From Opitutales bacterium (GTDB lineage Bacteria > Verrucomicrobiota > Verrucomicrobiia > Opitutales > PNEW01), in the NCBI GenBank assembly GCA_965219535.1, contig CBDCNV010000002.1, forward strand, positions 840,001 through 872,000: a stretch of DNA of 32,000 bases, in the 5' to 3' direction. Made by a program: the position numbers and the translations under genes. Positions 1 through 7,824 of the stretch are shown here, in pieces; position 1 is the first letter of the stretch; the number at the start of each line of letters is the position of its first letter. A model generated the notes under the pieces. It was given only the letters and a program-made list of their open reading frames with translations, was not told the DNA's origin and ran no database searches.

Positions 1-104
1 AAAAATGCAGGTACAATACCCCTTGGATTTTAATACCTCTATTATTTTACAAGGAAAAAGAAAATCGACCCTCAGAAACACTGTATCGCCGTTCTAATAA
101 GGTA

Positions 105-120
105 TCACAATAAGTTGTGA
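105..120. promoter_or_regulatory. Isolated NrdR-box-like 16-bp palindrome (TCACAATAAGTTGTGA)
   Basis: It matches 13 of 16 positions of the NrdR-box consensus acaCwAtATaTwGtgt, with perfect CACAA-N4-TTGTG arms. There is no partner box at the usual ~32-bp phasing and it lies ~480 bp upstream of nrdB, so its function is uncertain. Confidence 0.3.
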
Positions 121-358
121 ATACTGTTCATAAGTCGTCTTGATGCCGATAGTGACGGTGAATAAATATCTGAACAACGGGTGAGCAAAAATTAATATCT
201 CTTCCTTGCGGAGTAGGGGAAATTGACTGAAATCAATCAAATTATCCTTAGCGGATAATCATCCATCAGAGCACAAACGCTAAAATTGAGCTCTAATTTT
301 ATGCAATAAATACCTTATTTGAAAATAAAACTGAATTTTTATTAGTCAAAAACTATTG

Positions 359-374
359 ACACCACATCTTGTGT
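359..374. promoter_or_regulatory. NrdR box 1 (ACACCACATCTTGTGT)
   Basis: It matches 15 of 16 positions of the consensus acaCwAtATaTwGtgt. It overlaps a TTGACA hexamer at 356-361. It lies upstream of nrdB-nrdA. Confidence 0.7.
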
Positions 375-390
375 TGTTAATAAGTATTTT

Positions 391-406
391 CCCCAATATG
401 TTGTGG
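391..406. promoter_or_regulatory. NrdR box 2 (CCCCAATATGTTGTGG)
   Basis: It matches 13 of 16 consensus positions, including every strongly conserved core position. It starts exactly 32 bp after box 1 (16-bp spacer), which is the classical three-helical-turn tandem arrangement. Confidence 0.7.
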
Positions 407-599
407 CTGTTCTCATTCTTTAAACCCCGAAAATTGGCGTAATTCTTTGCCACTGCTTATCGGCTATCCTCATCTTGACCCTGTCTATGTCTAATAACTT
501 TACCGTGAAGAGCCATAACTTCAATCGCTGTTCCAATACCCAGAATACCCAGTAACAACCCCTCCATGGGGGATAACCCTCAACCGTCTTTCACCACAC

Positions 600-1682
600 A
601 TGCAGACTACTTACACAATCGGGAGTAAATCGTTCGTACTCGACCGGGACAAAGCCGAAGCGGCTTACGCGGCAAAAAAAGTCATTAATGGCCGCGAAAC
701 GATGTATTTCAATATCCTGCCCCTCAAATACCAGTGGGCTTATGAACTCTATAAAAACATGAAAGCCAATCACTGGGAGCCCGAAGACATCCCGATGCAG
801 AAAGACTGCGAACAATGGCGATCGAGCGATATTTCGGATATAGAGCGATGGATTATAAAAATGGGGATTGGCTATTTTTCGGCTGCCGAGGGCATTGTCG
901 GTGACAATCTTCTCCATGTAATTCGCGAAGCGGTAACGGCCCCTGAACTCAAATTGGTAATTGGAAGGCATGCGCATGAAGAAAATATTCACGCCGATTC
1001 GCTTATTTACATGATCAGTTCGCTCGGGATCAATCCTCATGAAGCGGAAGCGATGTTTGAGGATGTGGAGACGATTAAGCGCAAGAATAACTTTGTAGTG
1101 AGTAATTCCAAGAATCTGCGACGGGACATGGACCTCACGATTACTGAGAATAAACAATTGTTAGCTAAAAATATTTTTCTCTTTGGCCAGTGTATGGAAG
1201 GGACTCAGTTTTACGGTTTATTTGGGATGGTCCTTGCCCTTTACCGTCAAAATAAATTTCCGGGTATAGGGCAGATGTTCCGTTATACCCTGCGCGATGA
1301 ATCCAATCACATCGAACTACAGCGCAACCTGCTCATGGATTTAGTAGAGGAGAACCCCGATATCTGGACAGCGGAATTTCGACAGGAATTAACTGACACC
1401 ATGGTGGAGGCGGTGAAATTGGAAAAAGAATTTATAATGGATTGTCTACCTCTAAATGCGGTAGGCCTAAGTGCGGATGAATTCATCCAGTATATTGATT
1501 ACATTGCCGACCGCCGACTTGAAGGCGTTGGATTGAAAGCCATTCATCCAGGTGTGAGAAATCCTTTCCCCTGGCTGGCTGAAATGATGGATATTAAAAA
1601 AGAACAAAATTTCTTTGAAGGACGAGTAACTGAATATCAAAAAGCCTCGGCTCTTGAGTCGGTTAATGATGATGAGCTCTAG
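600..1682 (+). CDS. nrdB: Ribonucleotide reductase small subunit, class Ic-like (R2c)
   Basis: 360 aa. The di-metal ligand motifs are present: AAE97GIV, E128-N-I-H131, MEGTQFY and RDESNH. The C-terminal tail ends in an acidic sequence. The overall layout closely resembles the Chlamydia trachomatis R2 sequence as I recall it (PLKYQW.., NPFPW.., EQNFFE..). The radical-Tyr position (His+4) is Leu135. Confidence 0.95.
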   Translation: MQTTYTIGSKSFVLDRDKAEAAYAAKKVINGRETMYFNILPLKYQWAYELYKNMKANHWEPEDIPMQKDCEQWRSSDISDIERWIIKMGIGYFSAAEGIVGDNLLHVIREAVTAPELKLVIGRHAHEENIHADSLIYMISSLGINPHEAEAMFEDVETIKRKNNFVVSNSKNLRRDMDLTITENKQLLAKNIFLFGQCMEGTQFYGLFGMVLALYRQNKFPGIGQMFRYTLRDESNHIELQRNLLMDLVEENPDIWTAEFRQELTDTMVEAVKLEKEFIMDCLPLNAVGLSADEFIQYIDYIADRRLEGVGLKAIHPGVRNPFPWLAEMMDIKKEQNFFEGRVTEYQKASALESVNDDEL

Positions 1683-1699
1683 TACCCCTAACCCTTTTT

Positions 1700-4600
1700 T
1701 TGTCCAAGATTACTGAAAACTTTTTCTGCACCCACGATTCACAATTCGAAAATAATAAGACTATGATCCGCCATTTTACCCATGATGAAGATATAGAACT
1801 CAAACGATTTGCCCATACCCCAAAAGATCAGAAACCACAATTTAACTGGCGCGAGGTAGTCCTCGACGAACGCCTTTTACAGCCGGAGATAAAAGTCAGC
1901 GTGAACGGCAAAGACCGCGATTTCGACCTCGCTGAAATAGCCGACACTATCGGTAACGCTCTGGCGGACCTGCAACTTTCGCGGAAGGAAGAGGATATAT
2001 TTAATGATAAGAACCAGAGTTTCGTCGCCTCCATTGCAAGGGAAGTGGGTGAACGCCTGGCTCAACAGCTGGAAGATGGCAGCGCGCTCAAGTTATCCCC
2101 TTATGATATTTATTTGCTCATCGAAAAAGCGCTCATCGAAAGTGATGCACATGATGTAGCAAAGAGTCTCGTCTTTAAGCGTTCAGTCACGGACGAGAAT
2201 AAAGGCAGGGATGACAATAATGGCAATGGTGTCATACCGGTTAAGGTGCGCGTCATACGGCGGAATGGGATGGTAGTTCCGTGGAACGAGAATAAGATTG
2301 AGATTGCGGTGCGTAAGGCATTTCTCTCGCGTGAACTTGATTCCGATCCGGCGATTGATATTGCCCGTTCGGTGACAGAGCATGTGCGCAACCTCGGTCC
2401 GGAGTTTATCCATATCGAAGACCTGCAGGACATCGTACAGGAAGAGCTCATGCGCCAGGGGCAGTTCAAGGTAGCGGAAACTTATATACGGTATCGCTAT
2501 CATCGCGCCAACCTGCGTGTCGAAACGGATGAAGTCTCGGAAGAAGATTTGCGCCAGGAATCGATGATCCTGGTCAAGCGGTCTGATGGGGAGACTTTTT
2601 TTTGGGATGGAATCGATCTTAGAAAACGCGTCGAGTTTGCCGCTATCGGGCTCGATCTTTGTTTGAATAAGGATGAGATAGAGGTCGAGCTGCGCCGGTC
2701 ACTCTATCCGGAGATGGCAATTGATGAACTCAACAAAACGATTGTTCTTAACGCCAAGGCACTTATTGAGAAAGATGCAGACTTCGCAAAATTTGCCGGC
2801 CGTGTACTGCTGACTTTCATTTACGAAGAAGTGCTGGGTTGGAACATTGTTCAAGATGGTATTGAAACGCTTAAAGAATTTCATCGTAAAGCGCTAAAAA
2901 AATTCATTGTCCGTGGAACAGAAATCGAGCGCCTCGACCAGCGATTAGATAACTACGACTTTGATAAATTGGCCGACGCACTCGATCCTTCGGCCGACCT
3001 TGATTTTGATTATCTCGGCATTCAGACATTGTATGATCGTTACCTGATCGTTGATAAAACAATTAAAAAGCCGCGTCGACTGGAAACCCCACAACTTTTC
3101 TGGATGCGAGTAGCAATGGGGCTCTTCATTATCGAAAAAGAAAATCGCGAAGATCATGTGATCGCGCTTTATGGTCTTTATAAGAGTCGTCGGTTTTGTT
3201 CCTCTACGCCCACACTCTTTAACGCCGGGACTCTCCACTCGCAGTTATCCTCCTGCTACCTTTACAAGGTCGACGATAATATAGAGTCGATCATGATGCG
3301 CGGGATCGCAGAGAACGCTTTCCTCTCTAAATGGGCCGGCGGCTTAGGAGGTAGTTGGACCTCGGTGCGCGGAACGGGAAGCTATATCAAAGGGACAAAT
3401 GGTGAGAGCCAGGGGGTAATTCCATTTTTGAAATTGCACAATGATCAACTCGTAGCGGTCAATCAGGGCGGCAAGCGTCGAGGTTCCGGCTGTGCTTATC
3501 TTGAGAGTTGGCACAATGATATTTTTGATTTCCTTCAACTGCGGAAAAATACGGGAGACGATCGGCGGCGCACCCATGATATGAATACAGCTAACTGGAT
3601 TCCTGATCTTTTTATGAAAAGGATGGAAGCGCGCAAGGAATGGACTCTTTTCCGCAGTAACGATACCCCTGACCTGCACGATCTATACGGTTCAGCGTTC
3701 GAGAAACGCTACCTCGAATATGAAGCCCTGGCGAGAAGCGGCGATATGTTCTGTCGGAAAGTTAAGGCAATTGACATGTGGAAGGAGATGTTGCGGATGA
3801 TTTTTGAAACGGGTCATCCCTGGATAACGTTTAAAGACACCTGTAATTTGCGCAATCCACAAGATCATATCGGCGTTATACACAGCTCAAATCTATGTAC
3901 TGAAATTACTCTCAATACGAGTAAGGAAGAAACCGCGGTATGCAATCTGGGGTCCATCGTTCTCGATTCACATATCTCTGCTGACGGTAAGCTGGACCAT
4001 AAAAAATTATGTGATACCATTCGTGTTGCGGTTCGCGCTCTCGACAATGTGATCGATATTAATTTCTACCCCACAAAAGCGGCTAAAACCTCAAACGAGC
4101 GGCACCGCCCGATCGGGCTCGGTGTGATGGGGCTTCATAATGCGCTCTACAAGAAAAATATCAGCTTCTCATCCCATGAAGCGATCGCCTTTAACGATGA
4201 GTTCATGGAAGCTGTCGCCTACTACGCTTACGAGGCATCGAGTGACCTTGCAGAGGAACTTGGAACTTACAGTTCCTATCGTGGATCAAAGTGGGATCGC
4301 GGTCTTCTCCCTCAAGATTCCATCGATCTGCTCGAGAAAGAGCGTGGTGTTCAAATCGATGTCCCTCGAGACAAGAGAATGGACTGGGACCCCCTGCGGG
4401 AAAAAATTAAGAAACAGGGGATGCGTAACAGTAATGTAATCGCCATCGCTCCCACGGCGACAATTTCAAACATTATGGGCACGTCGCCCTGTATAGAACC
4501 TTCCTACAAAAACCTTTTTGTTAAAAGTAATTTATCGGGAGATTTTATCGTCCTCAATCAATACCTTGTCCGCGATCTTAAAAAGCACGATCTGTGGAGT

Positions 4601-5029
4601 GCGGATATGCTCGATCAATTAAAGTATTTTGACGGTGAATTGGCTGACATTGAGTCCATTCCCGCGGAGATAAAACAAAAATACCTTACCGCTTTTGGTA
4701 TTGAGTACCGCTACTTTATCGAGGCTGCCGCACGCCGGCAAAAATGGATAGATCAGTCGCAGTCCGTTAATTTGTTTCTCAGTAAACCTGATTTGAAAAC
4801 TCTTTCGCATATGTATCGCGCGGCTTGGCGTAAAGGTTTAAAGACAACCTATTACCTACGTACGCTGGGCGCTTCTAACATCGAAAAAGCAACCGTAAGT
4901 GTGAAAAAAAATGTGACTACTGCGATGGAGGGGAAAGACGAAGCCCCACGCGAATTTACGGAAGAGGAGAAAAGGGCGTGCAGTATTGATGCGATGCGTA
5001 ATGGCGAAGAGTGTGAGGCCTGCCAGTAA
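1700..5029 (+). CDS. nrdA: Ribonucleotide reductase large subunit with extended multi-ATP-cone N-terminus
   Basis: 1109 aa. Catalytic-core motifs are present: SSCYL, NLCTEI, GLGVMG, and PTATIS..MGTSPCIEP. The C-terminal Cys pair is CSID...EECEACQ. ATP-cone-like segments are VRVIRRNGMVVPWNENKIEIAVRKAF and MILVKRSDGETFFWDGIDLRKRVEFA. The start is uncertain: TTG at 1700 (18 nt after the nrdB stop) or ATG at 1763. Confidence 0.95.
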   Translation: MSKITENFFCTHDSQFENNKTMIRHFTHDEDIELKRFAHTPKDQKPQFNWREVVLDERLLQPEIKVSVNGKDRDFDLAEIADTIGNALADLQLSRKEEDIFNDKNQSFVASIAREVGERLAQQLEDGSALKLSPYDIYLLIEKALIESDAHDVAKSLVFKRSVTDENKGRDDNNGNGVIPVKVRVIRRNGMVVPWNENKIEIAVRKAFLSRELDSDPAIDIARSVTEHVRNLGPEFIHIEDLQDIVQEELMRQGQFKVAETYIRYRYHRANLRVETDEVSEEDLRQESMILVKRSDGETFFWDGIDLRKRVEFAAIGLDLCLNKDEIEVELRRSLYPEMAIDELNKTIVLNAKALIEKDADFAKFAGRVLLTFIYEEVLGWNIVQDGIETLKEFHRKALKKFIVRGTEIERLDQRLDNYDFDKLADALDPSADLDFDYLGIQTLYDRYLIVDKTIKKPRRLETPQLFWMRVAMGLFIIEKENREDHVIALYGLYKSRRFCSSTPTLFNAGTLHSQLSSCYLYKVDDNIESIMMRGIAENAFLSKWAGGLGGSWTSVRGTGSYIKGTNGESQGVIPFLKLHNDQLVAVNQGGKRRGSGCAYLESWHNDIFDFLQLRKNTGDDRRRTHDMNTANWIPDLFMKRMEARKEWTLFRSNDTPDLHDLYGSAFEKRYLEYEALARSGDMFCRKVKAIDMWKEMLRMIFETGHPWITFKDTCNLRNPQDHIGVIHSSNLCTEITLNTSKEETAVCNLGSIVLDSHISADGKLDHKKLCDTIRVAVRALDNVIDINFYPTKAAKTSNERHRPIGLGVMGLHNALYKKNISFSSHEAIAFNDEFMEAVAYYAYEASSDLAEELGTYSSYRGSKWDRGLLPQDSIDLLEKERGVQIDVPRDKRMDWDPLREKIKKQGMRNSNVIAIAPTATISNIMGTSPCIEPSYKNLFVKSNLSGDFIVLNQYLVRDLKKHDLWSADMLDQLKYFDGELADIESIPAEIKQKYLTAFGIEYRYFIEAAARRQKWIDQSQSVNLFLSKPDLKTLSHMYRAAWRKGLKTTYYLRTLGASNIEKATVSVKKNVTTAMEGKDEAPREFTEEEKRACSIDAMRNGEECEACQ

Positions 5030-5202
5030 AGTACGCTCAGGCGATCAACGCCACATTTAATATTTGGCGAACAGGTATTATTGGAATAGGACCATTATTG
5101 TGCGGTTCTTGAAATAATTTATTGTTGCGATAGATATTTCTCGTTGATGAGATGTTGGAAGTAATTAGCGTATGAGAAGATAATTCATTCCTGGTTTTTG
5201 CA

Positions 5203-6006
5203 TTGGACATTCAGTTCAATAGACTAAAATACGTAATTTTAATTTTCATGAATATCATCTGGTTAGCTTCCTACCCAAAATCGGGGAATACCTATTTGCG
5301 CTTTTTGATTTATAACTATTTATATGCCGAGGTCAGTGAGAGCATCGAGGTAGAAAATAGAATGCCTGATATTCACAAATTACTTTCCTCGGGTAGAGGA
5401 CTGAATACGGAGCTTAATCAGTCAGTATTTGCGAAGACACATTTTTGTTATAATGAGAAACATCCTTATCATAAGGATACCCGCGGATTTATTTACATTA
5501 TTAGAAATCCACGTGATGTATTACTGAGTAACAGCCGGTATTCCGGGGTAACGGGAAATCAGCAAATTGACCTTAAAGCGTTTGCCCAACAATTTATAAA
5601 TCTGATGGGGGTCCCCCGTTGGAAAAAAATGAATATGGGGACCTGGCCTGAGCACGTCGCGACCTGGCTTAGCGCGACAAGTCAGTTTCCTCACCTGTTT
5701 TTAAAATACGAAGAGTTGAGAAAAGACCCGTCTTCGAATTTAAAAAATATCATACAATTTTTAAATTTAGAATTGAACGAGGAAAAACTTAATAGAGCCA
5801 TTGAGATGAGTTCACTGGAAGTGATGAGAGATTTAGAAAAAAAAGAAAAAGAAAATTCGAACAAAACACTTTTTGATGACCAGGGAAAAGACCAATATTT
5901 TATCGGTGAAGGAAAGTCCAACCAGTCCCTCGCGCATATTGGTGAGGACACTGAAGAATTATTTCAAAATAGATTCGGCAGGGTCATGAACATTTTCGGC
6001 TACTGA
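5203..6006 (+). CDS. PAPS-dependent sulfotransferase family protein
   Basis: The 5'-PSB loop (SYPKSGNTYL) and the 3'-PB motif (IIRNPRDVLLS) are both present. The likely true start is ATG 5248 (MNIIWLASYPKSGNT); 5203 is a TTG. The gene is visibly more AT-rich than its neighbours. Confidence 0.8.
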   Translation: MDIQFNRLKYVILIFMNIIWLASYPKSGNTYLRFLIYNYLYAEVSESIEVENRMPDIHKLLSSGRGLNTELNQSVFAKTHFCYNEKHPYHKDTRGFIYIIRNPRDVLLSNSRYSGVTGNQQIDLKAFAQQFINLMGVPRWKKMNMGTWPEHVATWLSATSQFPHLFLKYEELRKDPSSNLKNIIQFLNLELNEEKLNRAIEMSSLEVMRDLEKKEKENSNKTLFDDQGKDQYFIGEGKSNQSLAHIGEDTEELFQNRFGRVMNIFGY

Positions 6007-6012
6007 AACTTA

Positions 6013-7824
6013 TTAAATATCGGATTCAATAAATTGCCGATAAAGATTGGAATAAGTACCGTCGAGATTTAGCAGTTCGGTATGTGTCCCGCGCTCCACG
6101 ATTCGGCCGTGGTCGAGAACAAGAATGAGATCAGCATGGCGGATGGTGCTCAAACGGTGAGCGACAATGACGTTCGTGCGTCCGGCGAGAAGATTGGCCA
6201 ACGATTCTTGTAATCGAGCCTCGGTTATTGTGTCAATTGAACTGGTCGCTTCATCGAGGATGAGAATACGGGGGTCAGCGAGATACGCGCGGGCAAAACA
6301 AATGAGTTGCTGTTGACCGAGAGAGAGACCGGTCCCTTTTTCAGAAACTTTTGTCCTGATGCCTTCGGACATCGCACCGATCAAGTCGAGGCAGTTTAAC
6401 TGACGCACGGCATCAATAACTTCCTCATCGGTCGCATCCAATTTTCCCAGGCGGATATTGTCTAAGACCGTACCGCTGAACATAAAGTTGTTTTGGAGGA
6501 CAATCCCTAATTGCTGATGCAAAGACGCGCTCTTGATATTTCTTATTTCAGTCCCGTCGATGTAAATTTCTCCTGCTGTGGGCAGGTAGAATTTGCTGAT
6601 GAGATTGATAATTGAAGTTTTCCCGCCTCCGGTATGGCCAACAAGCGCGATAGTCTGTCCAGGCTCAGCCTTAAAATTTATTTCATGGAGGACGGGATTT
6701 CCAGGTTCGTAAGCAAAAGTTACATTTCGAAACTCGATTTCTCCTTTTATCGAGTCGAGAAGTTTTGCATCGTGCATATCCGACCATTCTGGTTTGGCAT
6801 CGAGCAGACGAAATACCCTTTCCGCCCCAGCCATCGCGGAGAGAGCGTCAGTGAACCGTAATCCAAGTTGAGCAATAGGATTGAAAAAAAGATTAGCGAG
6901 AAAGAAAAACGAAATTAAATCTGCTACCGGCATATTCCAATCGGGACTCAAAGTACCGTAACCACCGATCAAGATGATAGAAGCGATAAAAAACTGTGAA
7001 TTGAGTTCAAGGAGAGGGATGTAAATAGCGGTGTTCCGGCTGGCTTTAAGATTATAGCCTGAGTGATCCTGAACGAGGCGCCGGAAGATACCGGCATTGA
7101 GGTCTTCGCGAACAAATCCCTGGGTTACGCGTATGCCTTTGACCGATTCGACGAGAGACGCGGTCACCCGGCTGAAGCTTTCCTGCAGTTCACGTGATGC
7201 GAGGCTTATCTTTTTATGAAAATACTGGTTAATCACCCAGAGGATGGGAGTCATAATAAGGATTACGCAAAAAAGGACAGCATTGTAATAAGCCATAAAG
7301 ATACCGGAACAGAGCATTTGGATTAACCCAACGATAGTGACGAATAACACGTTTTGAACACCAACCCGAAGGGTATCAATGTCGGTAGTCATACGGCTGA
7401 TAATACGTCCGAGGCGGGTTTTATTAAAATAACTCATGGGCATGCACATAAGCTGCCTGAAGAGCAGGTTTCTCAAGTCCTGAACAACGGATTCACCTAG
7501 TTCGAGGGCAAGCTTCTGTCGAAAGACTAGCGTTACTTGAACACAAAAAGCAAAGACGCCGAACCCGATTGCATACCTCAGAATACCGACGGGATCTTTA
7601 TCCGTAATCGGACCGTTTATCGTGATCCCCACCATTAACGCCAGGAGTGGAATAAGGACGCCACGCAGGATGACCAGGAAAAAAAGTATGTTTCGTTTTA
7701 GTGCGTAGGGTCGAGTGTAAGAGAAGAGGCGCTTGATTAACCTGAACTCTAATGGTCGCTGCTCTCTTTCCTTTGCTTGCGGCCTGCTAGTTCTAGCAAG
7801 AGACAAATCGTGCCTGACACTCAT
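6013..7824 (-). CDS. ABC exporter, fused permease/ATPase subunit (consensus Walker B, degenerate signature)
   Basis: 603 aa with an N-terminal six-TM-type exporter domain. Walker A is GHTGGGKTS, Walker B is ILILDEATSSID, and the H-loop is VAHRLST. The signature motif is LSLGQQQ rather than LSGGQ. Its ATG overlaps the upstream gene's TGA (ATGA at 7821-7824). Confidence 0.9.
   Translation of the reverse strand: MSVRHDLSLARTSRPQAKEREQRPLEFRLIKRLFSYTRPYALKRNILFFLVILRGVLIPLLALMVGITINGPITDKDPVGILRYAIGFGVFAFCVQVTLVFRQKLALELGESVVQDLRNLLFRQLMCMPMSYFNKTRLGRIISRMTTDIDTLRVGVQNVLFVTIVGLIQMLCSGIFMAYYNAVLFCVILIMTPILWVINQYFHKKISLASRELQESFSRVTASLVESVKGIRVTQGFVREDLNAGIFRRLVQDHSGYNLKASRNTAIYIPLLELNSQFFIASIILIGGYGTLSPDWNMPVADLISFFFLANLFFNPIAQLGLRFTDALSAMAGAERVFRLLDAKPEWSDMHDAKLLDSIKGEIEFRNVTFAYEPGNPVLHEINFKAEPGQTIALVGHTGGGKTSIINLISKFYLPTAGEIYIDGTEIRNIKSASLHQQLGIVLQNNFMFSGTVLDNIRLGKLDATDEEVIDAVRQLNCLDLIGAMSEGIRTKVSEKGTGLSLGQQQLICFARAYLADPRILILDEATSSIDTITEARLQESLANLLAGRTNVIVAHRLSTIRHADLILVLDHGRIVERGTHTELLNLDGTYSNLYRQFIESDI

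Noticed and set aside
407-599. Possible cobalamin riboswitch in the long nrdB leader, prompted by a GCCACTG heptamer
   Set aside because: I found no B12 box and none of the other conserved cobalamin-riboswitch blocks. A single heptamer is not evidence. The leader remains unexplained.
591-1157. 188-aa minus-strand ORF antisense to nrdB
   Set aside because: It lies entirely inside the strongly supported nrdB frame. The translation has no recognisable motif and looks like antisense read-through.
1700-5029. Intein or intron insertion as the reason for the 1109-aa NrdA
   Set aside because: The catalytic-core motifs are contiguous and no intein splice-junction blocks are visible. The extra length is N-terminal ATP-cone-type sequence.
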